A stretch of 63,528 nt of DNA, the filler included, from Choristocarpus tenellus KU-1152 (taxonomy: Eukaryota; Protista; Phaeophyceae): assembly GCA_964200185.2 (NCBI GenBank). It is 8 parts of 8 records of this genome, joined end to end, with 100 filler letters (N's around TTAATTAATTAA, not from the genome) between each part and the next. Parts side by side here need not be neighbours in the genome. Positions count along the whole stretch, not along the records: positions 1 to 27,010 come from CAXNAD020000158.1; positions 27,111 to 31,550 come from CAXNAD020014547.1; positions 31,651 to 36,451 come from CAXNAD020013012.1; 5 more parts are not named here. The stretch is one strand, 5' to 3'. Positions 24,201 through 32,937 of the stretch are shown here, piece by piece. Below the pieces are notes generated by a model. That model had not been told where the DNA came from. It was given only the letters and a program-made list of their open reading frames with translations, and did no database searches. Every line of letters begins with the position of its first letter. Within the stretch, counting starts at the first letter, position 1. The translations under genes were made by a program, and so were the position numbers.

Positions 24201-26855
24201 TTAAACCACATCCCACTGTACACATAATGCGAACTTGACAGTCTCCACACACTTTGAAGCAATTGTACTGAAGGTTGAAATTTCTGGCATATACACGTCA
24301 ATGGACAGTAGCACATAAAGCCACTATGCACAATACATAAATTCTTCAACCCCCTGGAATACTCCACTTGTCTACAACACACCTATTTCACCACTCATCA
24401 TCCTCCAGTAACAATACTCCTCCCATAAGAACAGTTATCACACAGAATGTTGTCAAAACCCAATATAATTCAGCAGTAATGACTCGAGCCTCAACAGCAC
24501 CATGCTTTGAATGCCTAAAAAACCGCTACATACTTTGGCAATGATAATTATACCAAAGAAACAATGCAACCCTGCAAGAATACAAACATACCACCCCCCC
24601 AACATACCCTCCCGTCCCTTGCACTCACATCAAAGTCGACCTCCTGCCCTACGAAGAAATTTCCTCCACTATCTGTGGCTTCGTTATTCTCAAAATGTCC
24701 TCCTGACACCAACACAGCAGATCCACCTGAGGCATACAAACACCCACCATGGCCACCTGACTTGTTCTCCAGGAACTCCCCCCCCATAATGTGATACCTG
24801 GAGCTTGAGGAGCAAAAGAACACCCCTGCATTCTCTTTTGTTGCGGAGTTACCAATAAACAATCCAGACTGGACTTCTACTTTCCCCTTGGACCACATGA
24901 CACCACCAACCTATTGAAGGAAGAGGGTTGGTGTGGGAACATTGTAAGGAAGAGAGGGTGGAAGGTCGATTTTGTCGAGCCATGCTTCTCATACTGGTGG
25001 CCATCATTGACTCTACATGGCGCAGAATGGGGAGAGGTTAAGAAACATGGTCAGCTGTGCTGTTGAGAGTATAGAAGAGTGGATTGGCTAGAGTTACACT
25101 GACCAGACACAAACCTTAAGGGGGAATAGTGCAAACTTTTTCAGAGACCTTCCACCCAGTAAGGAAATAAATCAAATATGAAACAATGCATTCTATCAAT
25201 CCTTTGTAAATTTTAACGCAATTGTTACCAATACGGAAGCAAAATGAAACTCCAGGAAAGATCAACTTCATAAAGAGATCAGAATAGTAGGTTGAACTAA
25301 TATGCCATTAAAATCAGTAGATCTGAAAAAGCACAGAAGAAATTAGGTACTCAAGATCGACATGGCATGTTTACAAATCGGGCCTTCCTTTCCACCAACA
25401 AACAAAAATACGACTGAGTGAGAGAGAGGGGAAAGGGGGGGGGGGGGTTAAGATTATCACCTCGTTTGCAACATTTTCTTGGAATGTACTGTTCGTGAAT
25501 GTGACCTTGGAATCCGCTGAAGTGGACAAAGCTCCTCCTTTATCAAAGCAATAGTTAGCTCTAAAGGCTGAGGAAGTCAAGCTGAGGGTAGCATTCTTGC
25601 TCACAACGACAGCACCACCATTACCCCCCAATGCCTGGTTCTCAACAAACTCAGAAGTGTGCACATAGACATTTGACCAGTCTCCACCTGATATTGCCCC
25701 ACCCTGGCAAAGAAAAATAATAGGAATAGTGTTACGCTGAGGAAAATAAATTCGTGTTGAGGGGACAGATAGGCGGGTGGCAGATCACCTGCCACTGATA
25801 TCATTTGATAGACGTGTTGCACAAAGGCCAATCAGACATTCCATCTGAGTCACAAGAAAAGGACAAGTAGAATTGTGAAGTAGGAACAAAATGTATGTAT
25901 TGTAAAAAGAATTTTGCAGCACTTGAGCTCGTTCCACTACCACTATGACCAATTCCTACACAACTTTCAACAAACACCAAGGATCTTGAGCATTCAGAAG
26001 ATCAGTTGGACGAAAAAACTTTTGGATGCACCCACACACACGCGCCAGAAGGGCTCATGTGTAACATACATTTGTCCAACACAAAATCAAAACCAGGTTC
26101 TAAATGCTGTTGAGGTATTTGGCCAATAGTATCATAGTGGGGGAGTCAGGCATCCATTCGGGGTCTTTATGACCCTGGAGTGATTTCATGTCATTTGAGT
26201 GAACGTGTCAGATGTAAGGACAATTTCCTTCGTCTGGATACACCTTCCTTTCCATTCCCCTGCCTGGATCAAATCTGAAGGAAGCTCGCCAGAAAAATGG
26301 GCATCAAACTGGGGTGTTTTGCAACATCACTTAATCCCCCTAATGGACAATCTGATCTAAACACCCCTCCACCCTCGAGGATACCATGTTTCATTTTCAT
26401 TAGTATCAACTTGTCCATACAGACACAAACATTGCACCAACTACTAATATGCATTTAGAAGTTGGTCAATGCAGGGGCTCTTTTTAGAACAATGCTGTAT
26501 CATACTCCAAGCCCAATACTCCAGACAAAATACTCCAGAGAGTATATTTGGACTTAGAGACAGTGACAATATCAAGCTTCACCCCTGGTTGCATTTACAA
26601 ACCATAGTATTCCATTATCATGACCATGACCTCCTAGGTCGACTCCAACCTAGGAATTTACATAGGTTCACACCACCACCACCACCATATACACTTGCCT
26701 TATCGCCTGCAATGTTCTTTTCAAAGAAGCTTCCCTGAATGAACAGGTAGGAATCTCCCGCAACAGATGCAGCCCCACCCTCCCCCTGAACAAAATCCTC
26801 CTCAATCTCAACAGATGGGTCATTAAAGCCAGCCCCATTGGCCAGGAACTTACAT
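224..26855 (-). CDS. Multi-exon gene (5' end missing at contig break): Pmp-like right-handed beta-helix ectodomain + Cys-rich stalk + ~8-9 TM C-terminal domain (receptor/adhesin-like membrane protein)
   Basis: Phase-consistent exons, read high to low: 26699-26855, 25461-25703, 24629-24910, 23451-23650, 22666-22774, 22091-22198, 20487-20619, 19561-19748, 19112-19323, 17926-18196, 17206-17313, 16654-16723, 15700-15848, 15123-15492, 14553-14575, 13914-14053, 12954-13072, 12100-12227, 11712-11795, 11231-11372, 10367-10479, 9838-9870, 9550-9642, 9279-9382, 8705-8768, 1365-1621, tentatively 224-497. Repeated FxxN..GGA[ILVM] motifs (FEKNIAGDKGGAI, FRANYCFDKGGAL, NNSAILGGAMY). Cys-rich GLDCSEPG..GFWR..EC..EAC..YCAVGYSGPFCAVC. 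TM-region motifs KIKIVIVVWQI, YLRADFSIRC, YPFGIP, FLWRPY..YYYEVVECGRRLILTG. The 9838-9870 exon and the last exon are least certain. Confidence 0.88.
1087..1253. mobile_element. MITE subfamily A (~170-180 bp), PIF/Harbinger-like, intronic
   Basis: Termini GCCTCAAAGTAC...TATTTTGAGCC, flanked by AAT on both sides. Internal sequence matches copies at 27135, 29152 and 49314. Confidence 0.85.
2700..3235 (+). repeat. 5' LTR of the Copia element (interrupted by a MITE)
   Basis: Aligns by eye with 8102-8418 at roughly 90% identity over the shared 3' ~185 nt. TG...CA ends. Confidence 0.95.
2778..3037. mobile_element. MITE subfamily B (~260 bp) inserted in the 5' LTR
   Basis: GAGTGAAAGTATCT...AGATGACTTTGTCTC, TTT duplicated on both sides. 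Absent from the 3' LTR, which shows the empty site GATATTT|AGG. Confidence 0.92.
3319..7919 (+). pseudogene. Copia gag-pol, broken by many stops and frameshifts
   Basis: Zn-knuckle remnants CSKCGGPH and CFVCGEIGRQSLAC. Protease WIWDSGAT. Integrase VYVDL, RTDCGTEF, PQYNGVVERR. RT WKARLVVQGFRQQPGID, KSLYG, degenerate IHVDM. RNase H GYADADYA, EAEYV, EDNSGAI, RTKHIDIQYHYVR. Confidence 0.95.
8087..8101 (+). promoter_or_regulatory. Polypurine tract of the Copia element
   Basis: CAGAGCAGGGGAATG immediately before the 3' LTR start. Confidence 0.8.
8102..8418 (+). repeat. 3' LTR of the Copia element
   Basis: TGTCAAGATTATAC...CAGCTTAACA followed by TSD GGTAT. Confidence 0.95.
9191..9249. repeat. 22-bp intronic minisatellite, ~2.7 copies
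   Basis: CGAGTCCCACCCCTTCGCTGGT repeated. Confidence 0.9.
12439..12448. other. 10-N scaffold gap flanked by poly-C runs and a duplicated flank
   Basis: GTGTATAACAAATG(A/C)TGCC+polyC occurs on both sides of the gap; likely low-quality sequence. Confidence 0.85.
15086..15119. repeat. Interstitial telomere-like (CCCTAA)n. Similar tracts near 35677-35715, 46993-47023, 54927-54945, 56427-56451, 58471-58488, 59385-59412, 60078-60110, 60957-60973
   Basis: 2-5 tandem CCCTAA/TTAGGG units at each site. Confidence 0.9.
26121..26392. mobile_element. Old, diverged MITE (subfamily D) of the same TIR family
   Basis: Degenerate ends GGCCAATAGTATC...GATACCATGTTTC. Subterminal ATCCATTCGGGG / CCCCTAATGGAC motifs as in subfamilies A and B. 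Confidence 0.55.
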
Positions 26856-26985
26856 CTGTTACCAAGAACATGAACATACAACAAATACAACACAGGAATG
26901 ATTGATATCACTTATGAGGATTTCGTGATGGAGGCGTGAAGGGGTGTGATCAGTCCAAAAGGAAATCCGTAACACCAATACCACA

Positions 26986-27010
26986 GACCCAAAGTATCTG
27001 GGAGGGGGGG
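26986..27010. mobile_element. MITE terminus truncated by contig end
   Basis: GACCCAAAGTATCTGGGAGGGGGGG runs into Ns. Confidence 0.8.
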
Positions 27011-27110
27011 NNNNNNNNNNNNNNNNNNNNNNNNNNNNNNNNNNNNNNNNNNNNTTAATTAATTAANNNNNNNNNNNNNNNNNNNNNNNNNNNNNNNNNN
27101 NNNNNNNNNN
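27011..27110. other. Artificial contig spacer N44-TTAATTAATTAA-N44. Identical spacers at 31551-31650, 36452-36551, 41151-41250, 45829-45928, 49499-49598, 54461-54560
   Basis: Exactly 100 nt each. The palindromic 12-mer gives a stop codon in all six frames. Confidence 0.99.
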
Positions 27111-27134
27111 TGTCTTTGTTACAATTGACACGGA

Positions 27135-27315
27135 GGTTCGATGTATCTGGGGGGGGGTGTGGCATCTGTCCATTTGGGGCCAGTTTTCCCATTTCGCTAT
27201 TTTTGGGTGATTTAGTTGCATGCGTCAGATGGATAACGTATGTGCACTTTTCCTAGTCATGGCCCAAATGGACAACCTGGTGTAGACCCTCCCCCCCCCC
27301 CAGATATTTTGAGCC
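27135..27315. mobile_element. MITE subfamily A
   Basis: GGTTCGATGTATCT...AGATATTTTGAGCC. Flanks GGA/AGA. Highly similar to 29152-29332. Confidence 0.88.
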
Positions 27316-28147
27316 AGACTTGGACTTTGTTCTACAAATATGGTGATATTCGTCATATGGAGCAGGATGATATCAATGGCGTAAAATATGTCCCTCTATT
27401 TCTTGCATGGTTATGTTTGGGCTAATGAGTTAGAACGTTGACAATGATATTTCCCCTCCAACTGATTGTTATGTACACCCAATCTGAGGCAAACAAGTCC
27501 CATCAAATCCCTACCTATATCCATATCCTGTTTTCTCTACCAGATTGAGGCAAGAAAGACAGGCACTTCTCCGGAGTATATAGACGACAACTTAAGCAGA
27601 GATCAGGCAGAGTAATGTAGCCACGTGTTCTGTGCCCCAGGTGTCTCCTTGCAAAATGTAGCCCCTCTACCAACGAAATGCACGAATTGTACCGTTCTCA
27701 CGTTCTCAAAGTCGAGACAGTCGCTGCCGTGACGGAAGAGTGGATGGCGGCAGTTGCATTGGGGAGGATTGCTCGCTGTCTCAGGCAACAAAGCAAGCGA
27801 AGTGTGATCAGCCTTGTTCGGCAGGTGGTGATGCATGTTCAGTTCCCCTTATGTTGAACCTCATGGAAGTATCCCTCAACAGAAGCATATATATTTGAGA
27901 GCAAGAGGCTGATTTGAACACCTGACACTGGTTTGAGCATAGTATCAAGGATTGTGTCGAGAAGCACCCTTAACAAGCTCTTCCTCAAGTCTGGTGAAAG
28001 AGTTGAGTAACTTGCCCTGTCGCGTTGAAAAAACGAAAAAGATGGAAGTTGGAAACGGCTCCTGTTGACCATCCCAACCCTAACGTCTTTGTTGGTATCG
28101 TGCTGGTATTGCTCCTTTGCAATCCCCTGCTCGTCTCAGCTACACAG

Positions 28148-30423
28148 CAAGATCAAAGGGCCTCTGACAAGCTTGGGTATGCTCCAAAAGATATTGGAGA
28201 GAGAGATTGAGGTGGTACCTCTCCAGTTCATGAGGAAGTACATTGAAAAGGACAAGGTTTGGTCTTAATAGTAGGTTGGGTTTCTTGACGGTGGTAGTGC
28301 ATCGAATGCAGTTCCTGCAGAACATTATACACACCTGTGGGTGTACCTAACTTGGTCTACTTTTAAATTGTTCTCCCGAACCCGACATGTTGCTTGTGGC
28401 ACATAGTCTCTGTGACTCAGTATCATTAGATGAACCAGTTGCTTATACCAGCAATATAACCGGGTGCTCCAGAAAAGAGAAACTGGCAACAGTGTGTTTT
28501 GGCCTTCAATCTCTTCCTTCACGCTGCTACATTTGACAATGACAAGTGCCCGCGAAATTGACTCTTGTGTGGTGTTGGGCATTGGGTACAACCAAGACTA
28601 AGCATATGAAAAATAAATGGGAAGTGTTGGCTCGGAAAAGCAGGGTGAGTGGCAACCCACAAATAGCAGTGCTGGAAGCAAGGTTGGCAGGAAGCTGACA
28701 AATACTTCCGAAATGATCCCAGAACTTTCTATGTGTATGTATATGTTAAATATATGTAGAACTGTACGATAGTATAAGGTTACTGGCAAATACATGTGGT
28801 AAGGGTGTTCCTTCATTGGGAAAACTAATCTGGTTTTCCTCTGTGCTGCAGGTATAGTCATGAATAACAAGCCATCATAGAGAGCTGGGGGCTGATGTGA
28901 TTTCCTAAACATGTCCAACCAATGATTGAATAGTGTATCTGGCTACCATCTATGTCTACAGGCCTTCAAGAAAGCTAAGCAGGAGAGAGACCAGCAGATT
29001 AAGCTACAGGATAAGATGCGTCACCTGTGGGCACTTAACAAGGCTGGGACTAGCAGGGCTATCATGGCCCTGGATATGCATATGAAGGTGAGATTTGATC
29101 GAAACAGGGGAATTTGAAGCACTTTTTTCACATCTCAATACGTGCATTTCAGGCTCGAAATATCTGGGGGGGGGGTGGCGTCTGTCCATTTGGGGCCAAT
29201 TTTTCCATTTCGCTATTTTTGTGTGATTTGGTCGCATATGTCGGATGGATAATGTATGTGCGCTTTTCCTGGTCATGGTCCAAATGGACACCCTGGTGTA
29301 GACCCCTTCCCCCCCCCTAGATACTTTGAGTCTCAGCTAACATTGCCTCAGTAAGTCAAGCATTTCTGCTGCTTTTCAATACCATTCCAAGCGATTGAAA
29401 CAAAGGACAAAACCTAACGGTGCCCGCCTATTCCAACAATCAGTCCAGCTTGAAGACATGTCATCAAGATTTGAAGAGAGAGAGGTATGCTCTAGATGAA
29501 TCGAAGACATGAGCGCAACACTCCCCAATCCGCTGTTTACTCCTTTTCATGAGTTCAATGCTTTGCACTGAAGTGAGGTGTTGCAAAAGCTGAGACTGTT
29601 GCTTCATTCTTTTTCAATTCATGTGTTGTGAATTGTCGACCTTTTTCCTGCCAACAAGTAAGTAAGATGCTTCTCTTTCGCACATCCATGCATGCCCACA
29701 TTCAACACAGAACCTTGCCTGCAAAATGAGAGTGAGAGCCAAAGTATCTTAGAGGGCAGAGCCGCGTCCATTTGGGGGCCAATAATCCAATATTGCGATT
29801 TTGATGTAATTTTTAGCTATCGTGCTTGTTAGGAAGTGTCAATATCCATGTTCTGGACACACCTTTTCATAATGTACTCATTTTACCTATTCTGAAACAT
29901 TTCGGAGTACGAAAATATCATTAAAAAAAACATGGGAAGCCAAGCCCCAAATGGACAAACAGGGCAAAACTCGTACCCTCTACGATTCTTTCACTCTGAT
30001 CATCGCCTTACTTGTGCGAAATGATGCCAATTTTTTGTCACTCCTTGTAACTGTGCTGACCTGGGATTACATCCAACGGGATTGCCCACAGTGAAACCTT
30101 GCTGGTGCAAAACCTGGCTTCCTTACTGTACCCGATTCACACATGCAACCTTATCCTAGGGTATTGCACAATTGGAATGTAGATTCTTGAGTGCACAAGG
30201 CCCTCACCATCTAGGTGCCCATTGGTGACTACACAATCCGACACAACCAAATGTCCTGCTGTTGCAACTGTTGTTGTTATGGCTGATAGTCATGGAGGAT
30301 GAAAATTCAAGATCTCTTTGATGCAATGGATAAGGACTGCTCAGGTACTGTCAGTGTGGCTGAGTTCCGAGGAGTCCTGGAGGCACTGGCCAATGGCCCT
30401 GTCTGCATGATGATGAACAACAG
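28148..30423 (+). CDS. Fragment of an EF-hand calcium-binding protein gene
   Basis: Phase-compatible exons 28148-28256, 28603-28644 (tentative), 28962-29087, 30290-30423. Last exon reads SWRMKIQDLFDAMDKDCSGTVSVAEFRGVLEAL, with a canonical EF loop DxDxSGxVxxxE. Start and end not defined. Confidence 0.7.
29152..29332. mobile_element. MITE subfamily A, intronic
   Basis: GGCTCGAAATATCT...AGATACTTTGAGTC with TCA TSD. Confidence 0.92.
29736..29996. mobile_element. MITE subfamily B, intronic
   Basis: GAGCCAAAGTATCT...CGATTCTTTCACTC with TGA TSD. Confidence 0.92.
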
Positions 30424-30920
30424 GTGCTCAGTCGCCACACTACTGTACCAAAACAGAAATTGCATCAAGTAGTGGACGGCATTGTATTTTTTGTGTCTGT
30501 GGGGAAATCGTTGAATACTATGTTGGGGATAGGCGCGCTACCATCACCATATGACCGAGGTTCGCACCTCACTGCACACACGTGCAAGCTGGAGGGAAGC
30601 AAAATATCCCAACTTGATTCTCTCACACTTTTGTCAGTTACAGCAGTGGAAACGTAGTGTACTTAATATGCATGATAGACAGCAGTTTGAATATAGATAT
30701 GTATGTGTATATATCATCAGTTCTCCAATAAAACAAAACATCATTTTCTTTTAACTCCTTACATTTTTATACTGTACAAAGTCGGAGGGTATGGCTATCA
30801 TGGTGTTGTTGTAGCAAGGGTGGCACGTGGGGAGTTCAAATGATGGATAAGAGTAACATGTGTGGACTCCTGAGCATCACTAGCATAAGACTTTGGAGAC
30901 GTTAGTAGAGCACATAATTG

Positions 30921-31460
30921 GATCCAAAGTATTTCAGAGGGCAGGGCTGCATCTGTTAGGCGTCATGAATTCAATGTTGCTATTTTGATGTAATTTTGAC
31001 TATCGTGTTTGAGTCAAAGTATCTTTGAGTATAAAGCCGCGTCCATGTGGGGGCCAAAATCCAATGTTGCGATTTTGACGTAATTTTGGGTATCGCGTTT
31101 GTTAGGGATTGCCAATATCCTTGCTCAGGACACACCTTTCCATAATGTATACATTTTACATACTCCAAAACATTTCGGAGTAGTAAAATGTCATTAAAAA
31201 AACGCGTGGGAAGCCAGGCCCCAAATGGACAAATAGGGCAAAACTCGTACCCTCTCTTTAACTCTTTGTTAGCAGGTGTCAATATCCTTGCCCTGGACAC
31301 ACCTTTCATAATCGTGTACATTTTATCTACTCCAGAACGTTTCAGATTAGGTAGCTATGTTCACAGAAAACCAAAAAAAGGACATAAAAAATACGTGGGA
31401 AGTCAAGCCCCGAATGTACAAACAGGGGTAATCTCCTACCCTCTGAAGTGCTCTGCCTTC
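30921..31460. mobile_element. Older subfamily-B MITE interrupted by a younger subfamily-B MITE (inner copy 31011-31264)
   Basis: Outer copy is split at ATCGTGTTT|...|TTTGTTAG. Inner copy GAGTCAAAGTATC...CTTTAACTC with TTT TSD. Confidence 0.88.
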
Positions 31461-31510
31461 TATCGCTCCAGCCCTGACTGTAGGTTGAGTCTTGATAAGG
31501 GGAGTATAAA

Positions 31511-31550
31511 GGGTCAAAGTATCTTGGAGGGGGGTGTCGGCGTCCGTTTT
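31511..31550. mobile_element. MITE terminus truncated by contig end
   Basis: GGGTCAAAGTATCTTGGAGGGGGG...GTCCGTTTT then Ns. Confidence 0.8.
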
Positions 31551-31650
31551 NNNNNNNNNNNNNNNNNNNNNNNNNNNNNNNNNNNNNNNNNNNNTTAATT
31601 AATTAANNNNNNNNNNNNNNNNNNNNNNNNNNNNNNNNNNNNNNNNNNNN

Positions 31651-31945
31651 TGACACATCTGCAAAATGTCAGAGGGCATAATAATAAAATACAATAATCC
31701 TAAACGCGAGAACACTATAAAGCACTGCAAGTGTGAAAACCACTAATCTATCAGTTACTTCACCACTATCCAATATTGTACTACTGTCTTCCCGTGCTTC
31801 CCATCTACCTATTCCTGTGCCCCGGGGGTGGAGTATTTTATTTCCTGAGGGCTAATAATGACATAATATGTACAGTTTTCATTGGTTTTCCTCCTGACAC
31901 ATCTGCAAAATGTCAGAGGGCATAATAATAAAATATAATAATTAA
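31651..31945 (+). mobile_element. 3' UTR copies of a CRE-like non-LTR retrotransposon; the second copy has an inverted 5' segment (~31699-31830)
   Basis: Shared 3' end TGACACATCTGCAAAATGTCAGAGGGCATAATAATAAAATA. Segment 31699-31830 is the reverse complement of the upstream part seen collinear at 32231-32330, 40621-40670 and 53788-53890. Confidence 0.8.
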
Positions 31946-31959
31946 TATATATATATATA

Positions 31960-32423
31960 ATTGTAACCTCAACACCTTCTCTGTGGAAAGTTTTGGGCAG
32001 CTCGGCAAGCAAGCGGAATGCTTCCTGGATCAGATGGCTACTCACATGGTAGGGGGGAGAGGAGCAGGAGGATATAGCAGGAAAGGAGTAGTTAAATCCC
32101 AACTAAGTCAGATCGTCTCGGTAACTACGCAAGTGGTACTTTCTAGACGTGTCATGCGTTTTAAACAGGAGTCACCAGGGAGATGGGCACGGAGGGGCTT
32201 ATTGGATTCTTGGGATGCCTCCCTAGCTCCTCCCCCCGGGGCACAGGTGTAGGTAGATTGGAGACACAGGAAGGTAGTAGTACAACATAGTGGTTGAAGT
32301 GACATAGATTAGTCTTTCACATTTATGACATTTTATTTCTATAGGACTTATAGTGACATGTGTATAGTTTTCATTGGTTTCCCCCCTGACATCTACAAAA
32401 TGTTAGAGAGAATAATATATTAT
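31960..32423 (+). mobile_element. 5'-truncated CRE-like (RLE-type) non-LTR retrotransposon: ORF C-terminus + 3' UTR + AAT-rich tail
   Basis: TFSVESFGQLGKQAECFLDQMA...QIVSVTTQVVLSRRV resembles the C-terminal restriction-like endonuclease region (F..E..G..G..A...L motif) of CRE/R2-group elements. Clade assignment is by recall, not by search. Confidence 0.7.
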
Positions 32424-32937
32424 TCGGAGGGATGGATTTCCGTGTCTTCCTGTATCGTCTCTTTATGACTACGTTTTTCCGAAGGCGGATTTCCCATCTC
32501 TATCCGCATCGTGATCCTCCCCACTTCCTTAGTTCCGCACTTTTTCCTGCATGTGCTTTCAGTCTTGCATTATTTGTTCAACCATAACCTCGTCTTCTCG
32601 GTTACGGTTCGTCTTCGTTCGTGTGGTCCGTATTGCCTGGTGATTTTCTTCACCACCTTTACCTGAGGGAACCACACCACCACAGAATCACACGATTCAC
32701 ATTTCGGTTTGTATACTTAGGAATTACTACAACTGCTTCTATTGTTTTTATTTATTATGCCCTCTAAACACTTAGTCTTGTTACAACAGAGCTAAACGGC
32801 AAACTGGTCTTTTCTCTCATCCAATCAAATTGCCTCAAGTATTTGTAAACTGAAGTAAATAGTAAAGAAAGACCTTCCTTCCACTCCTATACTGATGCAC
32901 TGATCCCACCCAGCACACTCTAACTCCTAACTCGGCC

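Noticed and set aside
23451-26855. Bacterial (chlamydial Pmp) contamination or recent HGT
   Set aside because: The repeats are split by many spliceosomal introns and fused to a eukaryotic-type TM module, with no autotransporter barrel.
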